Assembly (NCBI GenBank): GCA_041661445.1
Contig: JBAZUK010000001.1
Coordinates: forward strand, 450,027-514,026
Origin: Parachlamydiales bacterium
Lineage (GTDB): Bacteria > Chlamydiota > Chlamydiia > Chlamydiales > SM23-39
Direction of reading: 5' to 3'
Length of the DNA stretch: 64,000 bases
Below are positions 1 to 8,822 of this stretch, piece after piece; the first letter of the stretch is position 1; each line of letters opens with the position of its first letter. Below the pieces are notes generated by a model. It did not search any database. It was not told the origin of the DNA and saw only the letters and a list, made by a program, of their open reading frames with translations. The position numbers and the translations under genes are program-made.

Positions 1-2
1 CA

Positions 3-593
3 ATGCAGATGGGTATAGCAAGAGGCATATCATCTAATGAAGCCGGCTTAGGAAGTTCTCCGATAGCTTCTGCTGCTGCTAAAACTGATCTGCCCGGAAG
101 ACAGGCCTTGATTTCGATGTCCGGAGTTTTTTTATCCAGTTTTGTCGTTTGCACTATTACAGTACTGGTTTTATGTGTAACAGATGTTGTCGGATTAAGA
201 ACTGGTTCAGGAGAATTATTAAATGGATCTCCTTTAGTTATGAGAGCGTTTTCTTCAGTGATTCCTTATGGAGAATATATCGTTGCCATAGGTCTGGTCC
301 TATTCGGGTTTTCTACGATCCTCGGTTGGGCTTATTATGGAGAGAAATGCTTCGAGTACATATTTAAGGAAAAATATATAATTTATTTTAGGATTTTTTT
401 TATTTTTATTACTTTTCTAGGAGCAATTTCCAGCATACAAATAGTTTGGCCAATTGCCGATATCATGAATGGCTTGATGGCATTTCCTAATCTAGTTGGT
501 CTTCTTTTGCTTTCAGGTGTTGTAGTTAAAGAAAGCGAGATATTTTTTGAAGTATTAAAAAGAGAAAAGCTGGATAAAAAATCAAAGCGTTAA
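3..593 (+). CDS. Sodium:alanine (AGCS family) symporter, C-terminal part; the 5' end lies outside the window
   Basis: The ORF runs off the window start. It is a polytopic hydrophobic protein with GISSNEAGLGSSPIASAAAKT and ILGWAYYGEKC, as in AgcS-type transporters. Confidence 0.7.
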   Translation: MQMGIARGISSNEAGLGSSPIASAAAKTDLPGRQALISMSGVFLSSFVVCTITVLVLCVTDVVGLRTGSGELLNGSPLVMRAFSSVIPYGEYIVAIGLVLFGFSTILGWAYYGEKCFEYIFKEKYIIYFRIFFIFITFLGAISSIQIVWPIADIMNGLMAFPNLVGLLLLSGVVVKESEIFFEVLKREKLDKKSKR

Positions 594-614
594 ATGCTTT
601 TTTATAAACTTTTT

Positions 615-1058
615 CTATTCAATTAGCTGTCCATCAGTAGGATTGTCAAGATATTCTGCCTCAATAGTTCTTTTTTTAGAGTATGGATCTTTTGATACCG
701 GTTTAAAAGAAGAAGTTTCGACTTCACTTGGGCGGATTAAAAAGCTGATCGGTGAGGGGTCTTGTTCATAAGAAACAGTATTATCACTATTTTCTGCAAA
801 ATGTTTTTTTACTACGTGTTCTGTTTTATTTTGCGCGGATTCTTCAGAAGATAGATCAGCGCTGCTGCTTTCTGTCAGCATTGGTGTTACTCTCTGTTCC
901 GGCAAGGGTCTTTTTTCTTCGTCCTCAAGTAGGGATGCCATTAAAAATTTAAGATCCCAGGAAGACCTTGATTTTCTTAAATCATTCATTTCAGACATTC
1001 TTATAGATTCACTTTTTGGGGGAGTGGAAACTGGTCTTGGATTAGTAATTGATGACAT
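615..1058 (-). CDS. Hypothetical Ser/Glu/Pro-rich protein, probably disordered
   Basis: 147-aa ORF on the same strand as valS. It has no recognisable motif and a low-complexity acidic/Ser-rich composition. Confidence 0.4.
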   Translation of the reverse strand: MSSITNPRPVSTPPKSESIRMSEMNDLRKSRSSWDLKFLMASLLEDEEKRPLPEQRVTPMLTESSSADLSSEESAQNKTEHVVKKHFAENSDNTVSYEQDPSPISFLIRPSEVETSSFKPVSKDPYSKKRTIEAEYLDNPTDGQLIE

Positions 1059-1272
1059 GTTTTTTTCCTTTGTGATAAAAATTTAATTTAAAATGTTAAT
1101 TTTAATAAATTAATTTGATAATTATTACAACTAATTATAATTAATCTTGGGTTTAAGTTAAATAATAAAGATAAAGTTAATATAATAAAAATAAATTTAA
1201 AAAAATGGGTCAGGTTTTTAATAGACTAACGTAATAAGAATTAATAGAATGCAGTAAAAATCAGAAATTAAC

Positions 1273-4119
1273 TTAATTAAAAGAAGAAATCTTATACAAG
1301 GTCTCTTTAAGTTTCTGATTAGCTTCTTCAAAAGATTTCTTTAAATCGTCAATGACATTTTTTGGGGCTTTTGATAGAAAGCCTTCGTTTGAAAGTCTTG
1401 ATTTGCAGGAATTTATGTCGTTTTCTAGCTTAATTTTTAATTTTTCTAGTCTCAAGAGCTCTTTTTGAATTAAATCCTTTGACAAGGGGACTAAAAATTT
1501 TAAATCTTTATGAATAGATGTAGAGCCAATTATGTTATCTATTTCTTTTGTAGAATATATGAAATTTTCAACTTTTGAAAGAGGTTTAATAATATGTTCA
1601 TTCATCTTTATTAACTTAACTAGATCGGTTTCCTTTTTAAAATATATGTATACGTCAGTTTTGTCACCTAGAGGAAAGTTCATCTCAGACCTAATATTCC
1701 TAATTAGATAAAGAATTTCTTTTATCGAATCAAAGTCTTCTTCAGCCTTTGTGTTGGGTTCCTTTAATTTTTTTGGATAGTTGGATACTATGCAGGCTTC
1801 TTTAGAAATAGCTTCGATAAATTCTTTTGTATAAAGATCTTGGCCCGGATGAATTTTTAGATTTGGATATCTATCTTTTATAATTGAGAAAATTTCTTCA
1901 GTGATAAAAGGTACTATCGGATGCATTAAACGAATGGATGAAAATAATACAAATAATAGTATTTTCTGTTTATTGGACCTTAGATCTTTTTTTATCAAAC
2001 CAAAAATATAAGGTTTGGCCATTTCAAGATAATAAGCGCAGAAATCATCCCAGAAAAACTGATAGGGCAGTGTGGCCGCTTTGTCAAATTGTTTGGTCTC
2101 TAGAAAATTGGTCTGATCAGTGATAGTTTTGTTTAATCTGGATAATATCCAAAGATCTTCTAAAGTAAGTTTTTCAGTATCCAAACCATTTTCAATGTCT
2201 TCAGAAGTCAGTTCAGGTAAGTTTTTTTCCGGATTAGCTTCCATGCTTTGAACGATAAATCTGGTAGCATTCCAAAGTTTGTTCGCAAAATTTTTAAACT
2301 CATCAAATTTTCTTACATCCAGATCAATCTGCTTGGATTGTGTTACAGAAGATGTTAAGGCTATTCTCATGGCATCCGTGCCATATTCATCAATTATTTC
2401 CAAAGGATCGATTACATTCCCTTTAGATTTGGACATTTTTTCCCATTTACAGGAAATTTCTTTTGGGATCGGTTCTCCCAAATCATATTTTTTTGTTTCG
2501 CTGCGAGGTATATAGGTAATAGATCCGTCTTCATCCTTTTTGTAATAAGACTTGCCGTAAATAAGTCCATGTATAAAAGCTTCGTGAAAAGGAACCTTTT
2601 TCATTACATATTCGCCCATCATTATCATTCTGGCTACCCAGAAAAACAAAATGTCATGACCGGTGATCAGGATTGAAGTGGGATAAAAAGCTTTAAGCTC
2701 ATCAGTTTCTTGCGGCCATCCGAGCGCGCTAAAAGGCCAAAGCGATGATGAAAACCAGGTGTCTAAGACATCTTCATCCTGAAACCATTTGTCCTTTTCT
2801 TTTTCAACTTCAGGGGGAATGCCTTCTTTATCGTAGCAAATCATTACATCCGGATCTTCTCTATTATACCAGATTGGAATTTGATGGCCCCACCAAAGCT
2901 GACGGGAAATACACCAGTCTCTTAAATTGTCGATCCAATAAAAATAGGTGTTTTCAAAACTTTTAGGGATAAGATTTATTCTGTTTTCTTTAATGGCGCT
3001 CATCAATTTGTTTTTAAATGGACTCATTCTGATGAACCACTGTTTAGATAGGTAAGGCTCTATTTTCGCTTTAGATCGATAGGATATTCCGATTCTTAAC
3101 TTGTAAGGTTCTATTTTTTCAACCAGACCAAGCTTTTTCATTTTTTCTACAATTAAACCCCTAGCTTTTTGCATGCTAAGGCCAAAAAATTCTTTCCCAT
3201 TCTCATTTATTCGGCCGTCATTTGTCATGATGTTGATTATCGGCAGCTTATGTCTCATTGCAACGTCATAGTCATTAAAATCATGTGCAGGTGTTATTTT
3301 TACAGCGCCTGTTCCAAAGGCAGGATCTACAAATCTATCTGAAATAATTGGAATTTCTCTATTTATAAAAGGTACAATTGCTGTTTTGCCGATATAAGAA
3401 AAATATCTAGGATCTTTATCAGAAACCGCAATAGCTGTATCGCCCAGCATTGTTTCCGGTCTTGTCGTCGCTATTGTAATAAAACCACTTTTATCGGAAA
3501 GAGGATATCTAAAGAACCAAAGATGGGAATCTATGTCTTCATGCTCAACTTCATCATCTGCCAAAGCTGTCTGGGTGATCGGATCCCAGTTAACTAAATA
3601 GTCTCCTCTATAAATTAAGCCTTCATCAAACATTTTTTTGAATATGACCCTAACAGCTCTATTGCTCTTTTCGTCCATAGTAAATCTTAGCCGAGACCAA
3701 TCGCATGAACAGCCAAGTTTTTTTAACTGACTCAAAATGATATTTTCTTTTTCGTTTTTCCATTTCCAGATATGAGATACAAATTCTTCTCTTGTAAAAT
3801 CTTTTCTTCGTTTTTTTAAAGTTGCAATAAGATGTTTTTCTACTACCGTTTGCGTTGAGATCCCGGCATGGTCTGTCCCAGGAACCCAAAGGGTTTCAAA
3901 TCCCTGCATTCTTTTAAAACGGATAAGTATGTCCTGCAGGGTTTCGTCCATCGCATGGCCCATATGCAGAACACCGGTAACGTTAGGAGGAGGGATGACT
4001 ATACAAAAGTGAGGTTTGCTATTGGTCGGATTAGCTTTAAAAAAAAAGTTTTTTTCCCAAAATGAATACCATTTATCCTCAACATTTTTCGGTGTATAAA
4101 CTTTATCTAATTCTTTCAT
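1273..4119 (-). CDS. valS: Valyl-tRNA synthetase
   Basis: 948 aa. Class I HIGH region PPPNVTGVLHMGHA, KMSKS motif (EKMSKSKGN), CP1 editing region and a C-terminal coiled coil. Confidence 0.95.
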   Translation of the reverse strand: MKELDKVYTPKNVEDKWYSFWEKNFFFKANPTNSKPHFCIVIPPPNVTGVLHMGHAMDETLQDILIRFKRMQGFETLWVPGTDHAGISTQTVVEKHLIATLKKRRKDFTREEFVSHIWKWKNEKENIILSQLKKLGCSCDWSRLRFTMDEKSNRAVRVIFKKMFDEGLIYRGDYLVNWDPITQTALADDEVEHEDIDSHLWFFRYPLSDKSGFITIATTRPETMLGDTAIAVSDKDPRYFSYIGKTAIVPFINREIPIISDRFVDPAFGTGAVKITPAHDFNDYDVAMRHKLPIINIMTNDGRINENGKEFFGLSMQKARGLIVEKMKKLGLVEKIEPYKLRIGISYRSKAKIEPYLSKQWFIRMSPFKNKLMSAIKENRINLIPKSFENTYFYWIDNLRDWCISRQLWWGHQIPIWYNREDPDVMICYDKEGIPPEVEKEKDKWFQDEDVLDTWFSSSLWPFSALGWPQETDELKAFYPTSILITGHDILFFWVARMIMMGEYVMKKVPFHEAFIHGLIYGKSYYKKDEDGSITYIPRSETKKYDLGEPIPKEISCKWEKMSKSKGNVIDPLEIIDEYGTDAMRIALTSSVTQSKQIDLDVRKFDEFKNFANKLWNATRFIVQSMEANPEKNLPELTSEDIENGLDTEKLTLEDLWILSRLNKTITDQTNFLETKQFDKAATLPYQFFWDDFCAYYLEMAKPYIFGLIKKDLRSNKQKILLFVLFSSIRLMHPIVPFITEEIFSIIKDRYPNLKIHPGQDLYTKEFIEAISKEACIVSNYPKKLKEPNTKAEEDFDSIKEILYLIRNIRSEMNFPLGDKTDVYIYFKKETDLVKLIKMNEHIIKPLSKVENFIYSTKEIDNIIGSTSIHKDLKFLVPLSKDLIQKELLRLEKLKIKLENDINSCKSRLSNEGFLSKAPKNVIDDLKKSFEEANQKLKETLYKISSFN

Positions 4120-4547
4120 AAACTAATCTTGGTTAAAAAATACTAATATAAGCATATAAGGTAACATATCGCTTAAGGATTGTCAAAAAATTGAAATAAA
4201 AATTGTAATAAATTTTAGGCTTGAAGCGCTGCGAAACATTTAAAGGAGTTTAAATATCTCTTTAGAAATTTTATTCATTTAATGTTTGCAAAGATTATTA
4301 ATGATAATCGAAAGTTTCGAACATTAAGGTTATTAAGACTGTTTTTTTTGATTTTTAGCATTTATAATTGATTTTTTTCTTGTCGCGCTGAAATTAAATA
4401 GAAATTAATAATCATTATTTAAATTTATAGGATAAAAATTTTACTTAAATATTATTGTTATTATTTATAATAACTTTAGATTAAAACTTGCATTTAAATA
4501 ATAATGCTTTATTATTTTTTAATGATTATTTTTTTTGAGAATGAAGT

Positions 4548-5336
4548 GTGAGAAAGATTTATAAGTGGGATTCAGAACATTTAAAAAAACAATCTATTTC
4601 TATTGGTTATATTGATTTTGACTCTCATTCTTTTAATTTTTTGGAAAATTTGCATTTTGATGAATTAGAAATTTATAAAAAAATCATTTCACAGAAAAGA
4701 AAACGTGAGTATATTTTGGGACGTTATTGCATAAAGTCAATTTTATCCCAGTATTATAAAGAAGATTTAAATGAAATTGCCGTTCTAAATGGTGTTTTTG
4801 GACAACCTATAATTTTTCCTAATTCTCATAATTTAGGAGTGTCTTTAAGTCATTGCGAAAATAGTGCCATAGCTATCGTTTTTCCTGAAGCTTTTCCCAT
4901 AGGAATAGATTTAGAAAATATTAATTTATCATTTTCAAAATCAATAAGCGCAGAATTGCTAAAGCAAGAAATTAATATTTTGGAAAACTTCGCTGCTAAA
5001 AGAATAGATAAAAAATCAGAGCTGGTTTTTGATGAATTTGTGGCTTCATTAATCAGCCAACAAGAAGATTTTCTTTCGAATAAAGAATTATTAACGATCG
5101 CTTTTTGGTCAATTAAAGAATCACTATCAAAAGCTCTTAAATGTGGTTTTACTGTCCCGTTATCTGTTTTAGAAATCGAATCGATTCAATATTTAAAAGG
5201 TTGTATTTATTATTCTTTTAAAAATTTTTCTCAATACGCGGGAATATCTTTTTGTATGAATCGGTATATTATTTCAATATGTTATCCAAAAAAAATTGAT
5301 GAAATGAAGGGTTTATGGAACTGTTTTATATCATAA
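4548..5336 (+). CDS. Sfp-type 4'-phosphopantetheinyl transferase
   Basis: GTG start. It has PPTase motifs GQPIIF, VSLSHCENSAIAIV, IGIDLENI and FWSIKESLSKAL, and lies immediately upstream of the NRPS/PKS genes. Confidence 0.8.
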   Translation: MRKIYKWDSEHLKKQSISIGYIDFDSHSFNFLENLHFDELEIYKKIISQKRKREYILGRYCIKSILSQYYKEDLNEIAVLNGVFGQPIIFPNSHNLGVSLSHCENSAIAIVFPEAFPIGIDLENINLSFSKSISAELLKQEINILENFAAKRIDKKSELVFDEFVASLISQQEDFLSNKELLTIAFWSIKESLSKALKCGFTVPLSVLEIESIQYLKGCIYYSFKNFSQYAGISFCMNRYIISICYPKKIDEMKGLWNCFIS

Positions 5337-5438
5337 GTGGAAAGTTTATTAATATATTTTTAATCGTTATCTCGAATATAGATCTAAACAAAAAAATGAT
5401 GAAATTTTTATAGAGAGAACAATCTGCTAAAAAAAATA

Positions 5439-8400
5439 TTGGATGGTATGATTTTGAAAAATAATAATATAATTTATGATGGAAAACAGGTGAATGAGGA
5501 ATCTTTAATACTTGAAAAATTTTCATATCAAGTTTCAGTAAATTCTCATGAAAAAGCTATCATCTTCGGTGATGATTTTTTAACATATCAAGAATTAGAT
5601 GATTTATCTAATTCCTTGGCAAGCTATTTATTGAAAAATGGAAAAGGATTGCAAAGCAAAATATGTGTTTTTATTCCAAAAAGAATTGATCTGGTTGTGG
5701 TTTTACTAGGAATATTAAAAGCTGGTTCAGTTTATGTGCCGATAGATTCAGAAACTCCTAGAACAATCGTAGATCATATTTTGAATAATTGTGATTGCAA
5801 TTTATTGATCACATCAAAAGAAACGCACGAACTAATTAAGGATTTAAAGATCGATATTATAAATCTAGATGAAATTGAATCAAAAAAATGTTCATCTCCA
5901 CAGATAAAAATTAATAAAGATGATTTAGCTTATATTATTTATACTTCCGGTTCTACAGGACTACCTAAAGGAGTAGAAATAACACATGTCTCTTTAGCTA
6001 ATCGCCTCGCTTGGCAGCAAGGAAATTATCATCTGAGTTCAGATGATGTAGTTTTGCATAAAACTTCAATAGGTTTTGATGTCTCAATGTGGGAGTTATT
6101 ATGGAGCATTGTTGTTGGTGCAAAATTAGTAGTTTGTCCACAAAATGTTTATAAAGAACCTGAAAAGTTATTAAGCGAAATTATTAAGAATAATGTGACT
6201 GTAATTCATTTTGTTCCATCAGCTTTTCGAATATTTATTGAAATTTGTGGTTGCTTAGAACATTCAAAATTAAGATTGATCATATGTAGTGGGGAAGAGT
6301 TAACACATTCTATTTGTAAATTGTTTTTTAAATACAATAATAGCAATAAAATAAAGTTAGAAAATTTGTATGGTCCGACGGAGGCTACAATTGATGTAAC
6401 TTTCTTTAGCGTGGACAAGTTATACGATGTAATACCCATAGGAATTCCAATATCGAATACCCAAATATATATACTGGATGAATCTTCTCACAAAGTTTTA
6501 GATGGAAATATCGGTGAGATATTTATTAGTGGAGTCGGTGTTGCTAGAGGTTATGTGAATAATAGCGTTTTGACTGAAAAAGCTTTTTTATCGGATCCAT
6601 TTAAAAACGATGGATCAAAAATGTATAGAACAGGTGATCTAGGTTGTTTCTTGAGTGATGGAAATATTAGATATATCGGAAGGAAAGACAATCAAATCAA
6701 AATAAGGGGTTTTCGAGTTGAATTAGAGGGCATCGAAAATATGTTAATGAAAAACCTTCCCGTTTCCCAAGTCGTGGTAGTTTGTAAAAATGATCCTGAT
6801 AATGAATATGAAAAATTTTTAGTTGCTTATTATTCTACTAGTGATCAGTTTATTATTCTGGAACAAAAAAAAGTAAGGGTGTTTTTAGAAACTATTCTTC
6901 CTTTTTACATGATACCATCAATGTTTATAAAATTAGATGAAATTCCTTTGAAATCTAACGGAAAGATTGATAGAGCTTTTTTAACAAACACAGAAAATAA
7001 AAAACACGATGATGAAAAAGATGATTATATTGAAAAAATAATAAGCGATATTTGGTGCGAAGTATTAAAATTAAAAAAAATCGGTTTACATGATAATTTT
7101 TTTGATTTAGGTGGCCATTCAATTTTAGCATTAAAAATAATTGCTCGAATAAACAAACAGCTTAAAATTAAGTTATCTTTTACAGAATTTTTTGACAATC
7201 TAACGATAGTTAAATTAAGCGAATCGGTGCGGAAATTTAAAACTATAAATTCTGAAAAAAGTCACAATCATGACGTTATTAGCCAAGTATCAATGTTTCA
7301 CTTATCTAAAATGCAAAAAAGAATTTGGTTTATAGAGCAGATTTTTCCAAATTCTGTTTCATATTTATATCCTTTAATACTTTCTTTTAAAGGATCTTTA
7401 AACATGCAAATATTAAAAAAAGCACTCGATATTCTATATAGAAAACATGCAGCTTTACGAGTAAAATTAGTTAAGCAAGCTGAGGTAATTTATCAAAAAA
7501 TATCTAAAGAAGATGATGATTTTAATCTGAAGATTTTTGATTTAGAGAAATTAGACCAGGAAACTAAATCGATAAAAATTAAAGAAATTGAGAACTCTGA
7601 AGCGAATACAGCATTTTCTATTTATGATGAGGTTCTTAGTAGAGGAAGTCTAATTAAAATTAATAATAATGAATATCATCTCTGCTTAGTATTTCATCAT
7701 ATGATATTTGATGATTGGTCAAAAGATATTTTTTTACAGAACTTATCTAAGATATATAGTTATTGTTGTGATAAAAATGAGAAAGAAATTGAATTGTTCT
7801 TAAATCATAAAGACTATCTTCAGGAAGATGTTCATGATGATATTTTAAAAAAGGAAACGCTGGAAAACTGGAAGAATTATCTGCAAGGGTTCTCAAATCA
7901 ACCTACTTTAGGTTTTTATGAAAAAGAAAGAAAAAATAATATAAGCGGCTGTTATTATGGCAAGAAGTTTTCTTGTCAAAATTTGTTGTCTATTGCTAGA
8001 TCTCACAATACAACTCTTTATGTAGTCTTGTTGAGTGCTTTCAAAAAACTATTGTCTAAACTTAATAATTCTTCAGATATAATTATTGGGATTACTTCTT
8101 CAACCAGAAATATAGATACAGAACGATCAATCGGATTTTATGTTAATACCTTGCCTCTGAGAACAAAAATATCAAATTCAGATTCATTGGATGATATTAT
8201 TCAAAAAATCAAGAAAAGCATTTTATTTGTTCAAGATAACAATACTGTGGCTTTTGATGAGATTGTTGAATATTTGAATATACCTCGAGTTGCAAATAAA
8301 ACCCCATTTTTTCAAATTATGATTAATTTTTGGGAAGAAAATGTGGATTATATTAAATTTCCTGAAAATATCCGAATGCAAATTCATCCATATGTTAATA

Positions 8401-8813
8401 AAAATTCAAAATTTGATTTGGAATTACAAATAAGTTTTAATAAAGATGTTTTAAATATAATATATGAATATTCAGAATCTATCTATTCTCTAGAAGAGGT
8501 TGAATCAATTGCATTTCAATATGAAAATTTTTTACGTTCAGCAACCAAGAATTTGCTACATCAAAGAAGTCCAGTATCAAATTCATCGATTAAAGATCAT
8601 TATAAAAAAGAATTAGTAACTATTTGGTCAGAAGTATTGAATTCAGAAAACATAACTGAAGAAGATAATTTTTTTGATGTTGGAGGAAATTCTTTTAAAC
8701 TTACCATTGTTAAGCAATTAATAAAAGAAAGATTAAACAAATCAGTTTCAATAGTTGATCTATTTAATTATCAGAATATCAAAGCTTTAATAAATTATTT
8801 TATGGAAAAATAA
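5439..8813 (+). CDS. Non-ribosomal peptide synthetase, domain order A-T-C-T
   Basis: A-domain cores LAYIIYTSGSTGLPKGV, NLYGPTE, YRTGDLG and GRKDNQIKIRGFRVELEGIE. First carrier FFDLGGHSILALK, C domain HHMIFDDWS, second carrier FFDVGGNSFKL. TTG start at 5439, or ATG at 5448. Confidence 0.95.
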   Translation: MDGMILKNNNIIYDGKQVNEESLILEKFSYQVSVNSHEKAIIFGDDFLTYQELDDLSNSLASYLLKNGKGLQSKICVFIPKRIDLVVVLLGILKAGSVYVPIDSETPRTIVDHILNNCDCNLLITSKETHELIKDLKIDIINLDEIESKKCSSPQIKINKDDLAYIIYTSGSTGLPKGVEITHVSLANRLAWQQGNYHLSSDDVVLHKTSIGFDVSMWELLWSIVVGAKLVVCPQNVYKEPEKLLSEIIKNNVTVIHFVPSAFRIFIEICGCLEHSKLRLIICSGEELTHSICKLFFKYNNSNKIKLENLYGPTEATIDVTFFSVDKLYDVIPIGIPISNTQIYILDESSHKVLDGNIGEIFISGVGVARGYVNNSVLTEKAFLSDPFKNDGSKMYRTGDLGCFLSDGNIRYIGRKDNQIKIRGFRVELEGIENMLMKNLPVSQVVVVCKNDPDNEYEKFLVAYYSTSDQFIILEQKKVRVFLETILPFYMIPSMFIKLDEIPLKSNGKIDRAFLTNTENKKHDDEKDDYIEKIISDIWCEVLKLKKIGLHDNFFDLGGHSILALKIIARINKQLKIKLSFTEFFDNLTIVKLSESVRKFKTINSEKSHNHDVISQVSMFHLSKMQKRIWFIEQIFPNSVSYLYPLILSFKGSLNMQILKKALDILYRKHAALRVKLVKQAEVIYQKISKEDDDFNLKIFDLEKLDQETKSIKIKEIENSEANTAFSIYDEVLSRGSLIKINNNEYHLCLVFHHMIFDDWSKDIFLQNLSKIYSYCCDKNEKEIELFLNHKDYLQEDVHDDILKKETLENWKNYLQGFSNQPTLGFYEKERKNNISGCYYGKKFSCQNLLSIARSHNTTLYVVLLSAFKKLLSKLNNSSDIIIGITSSTRNIDTERSIGFYVNTLPLRTKISNSDSLDDIIQKIKKSILFVQDNNTVAFDEIVEYLNIPRVANKTPFFQIMINFWEENVDYIKFPENIRMQIHPYVNKNSKFDLELQISFNKDVLNIIYEYSESIYSLEEVESIAFQYENFLRSATKNLLHQRSPVSNSSIKDHYKKELVTIWSEVLNSENITEEDNFFDVGGNSFKLTIVKQLIKERLNKSVSIVDLFNYQNIKALINYFMEK

Positions 8814-8822
8814 GGAAAAAAA

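Noticed and set aside
1938-4065. Several 60-80-aa ORFs within valS (1938-2123, 2279-2515, 2745-2966, 3659-3889, 3868-4065).
   Set aside because: They lie entirely within the well-supported valS frame and have no motifs. I treat them as shadow ORFs.
5326-5526. A 66-aa minus-strand ORF spanning the PPTase/NRPS junction.
   Set aside because: It overlaps the 3' end of the PPTase gene and the 5' end of the NRPS gene on the opposite strand. It has no ribosome-binding site or motif and is Ile/Phe/Lys-rich from AT bias.
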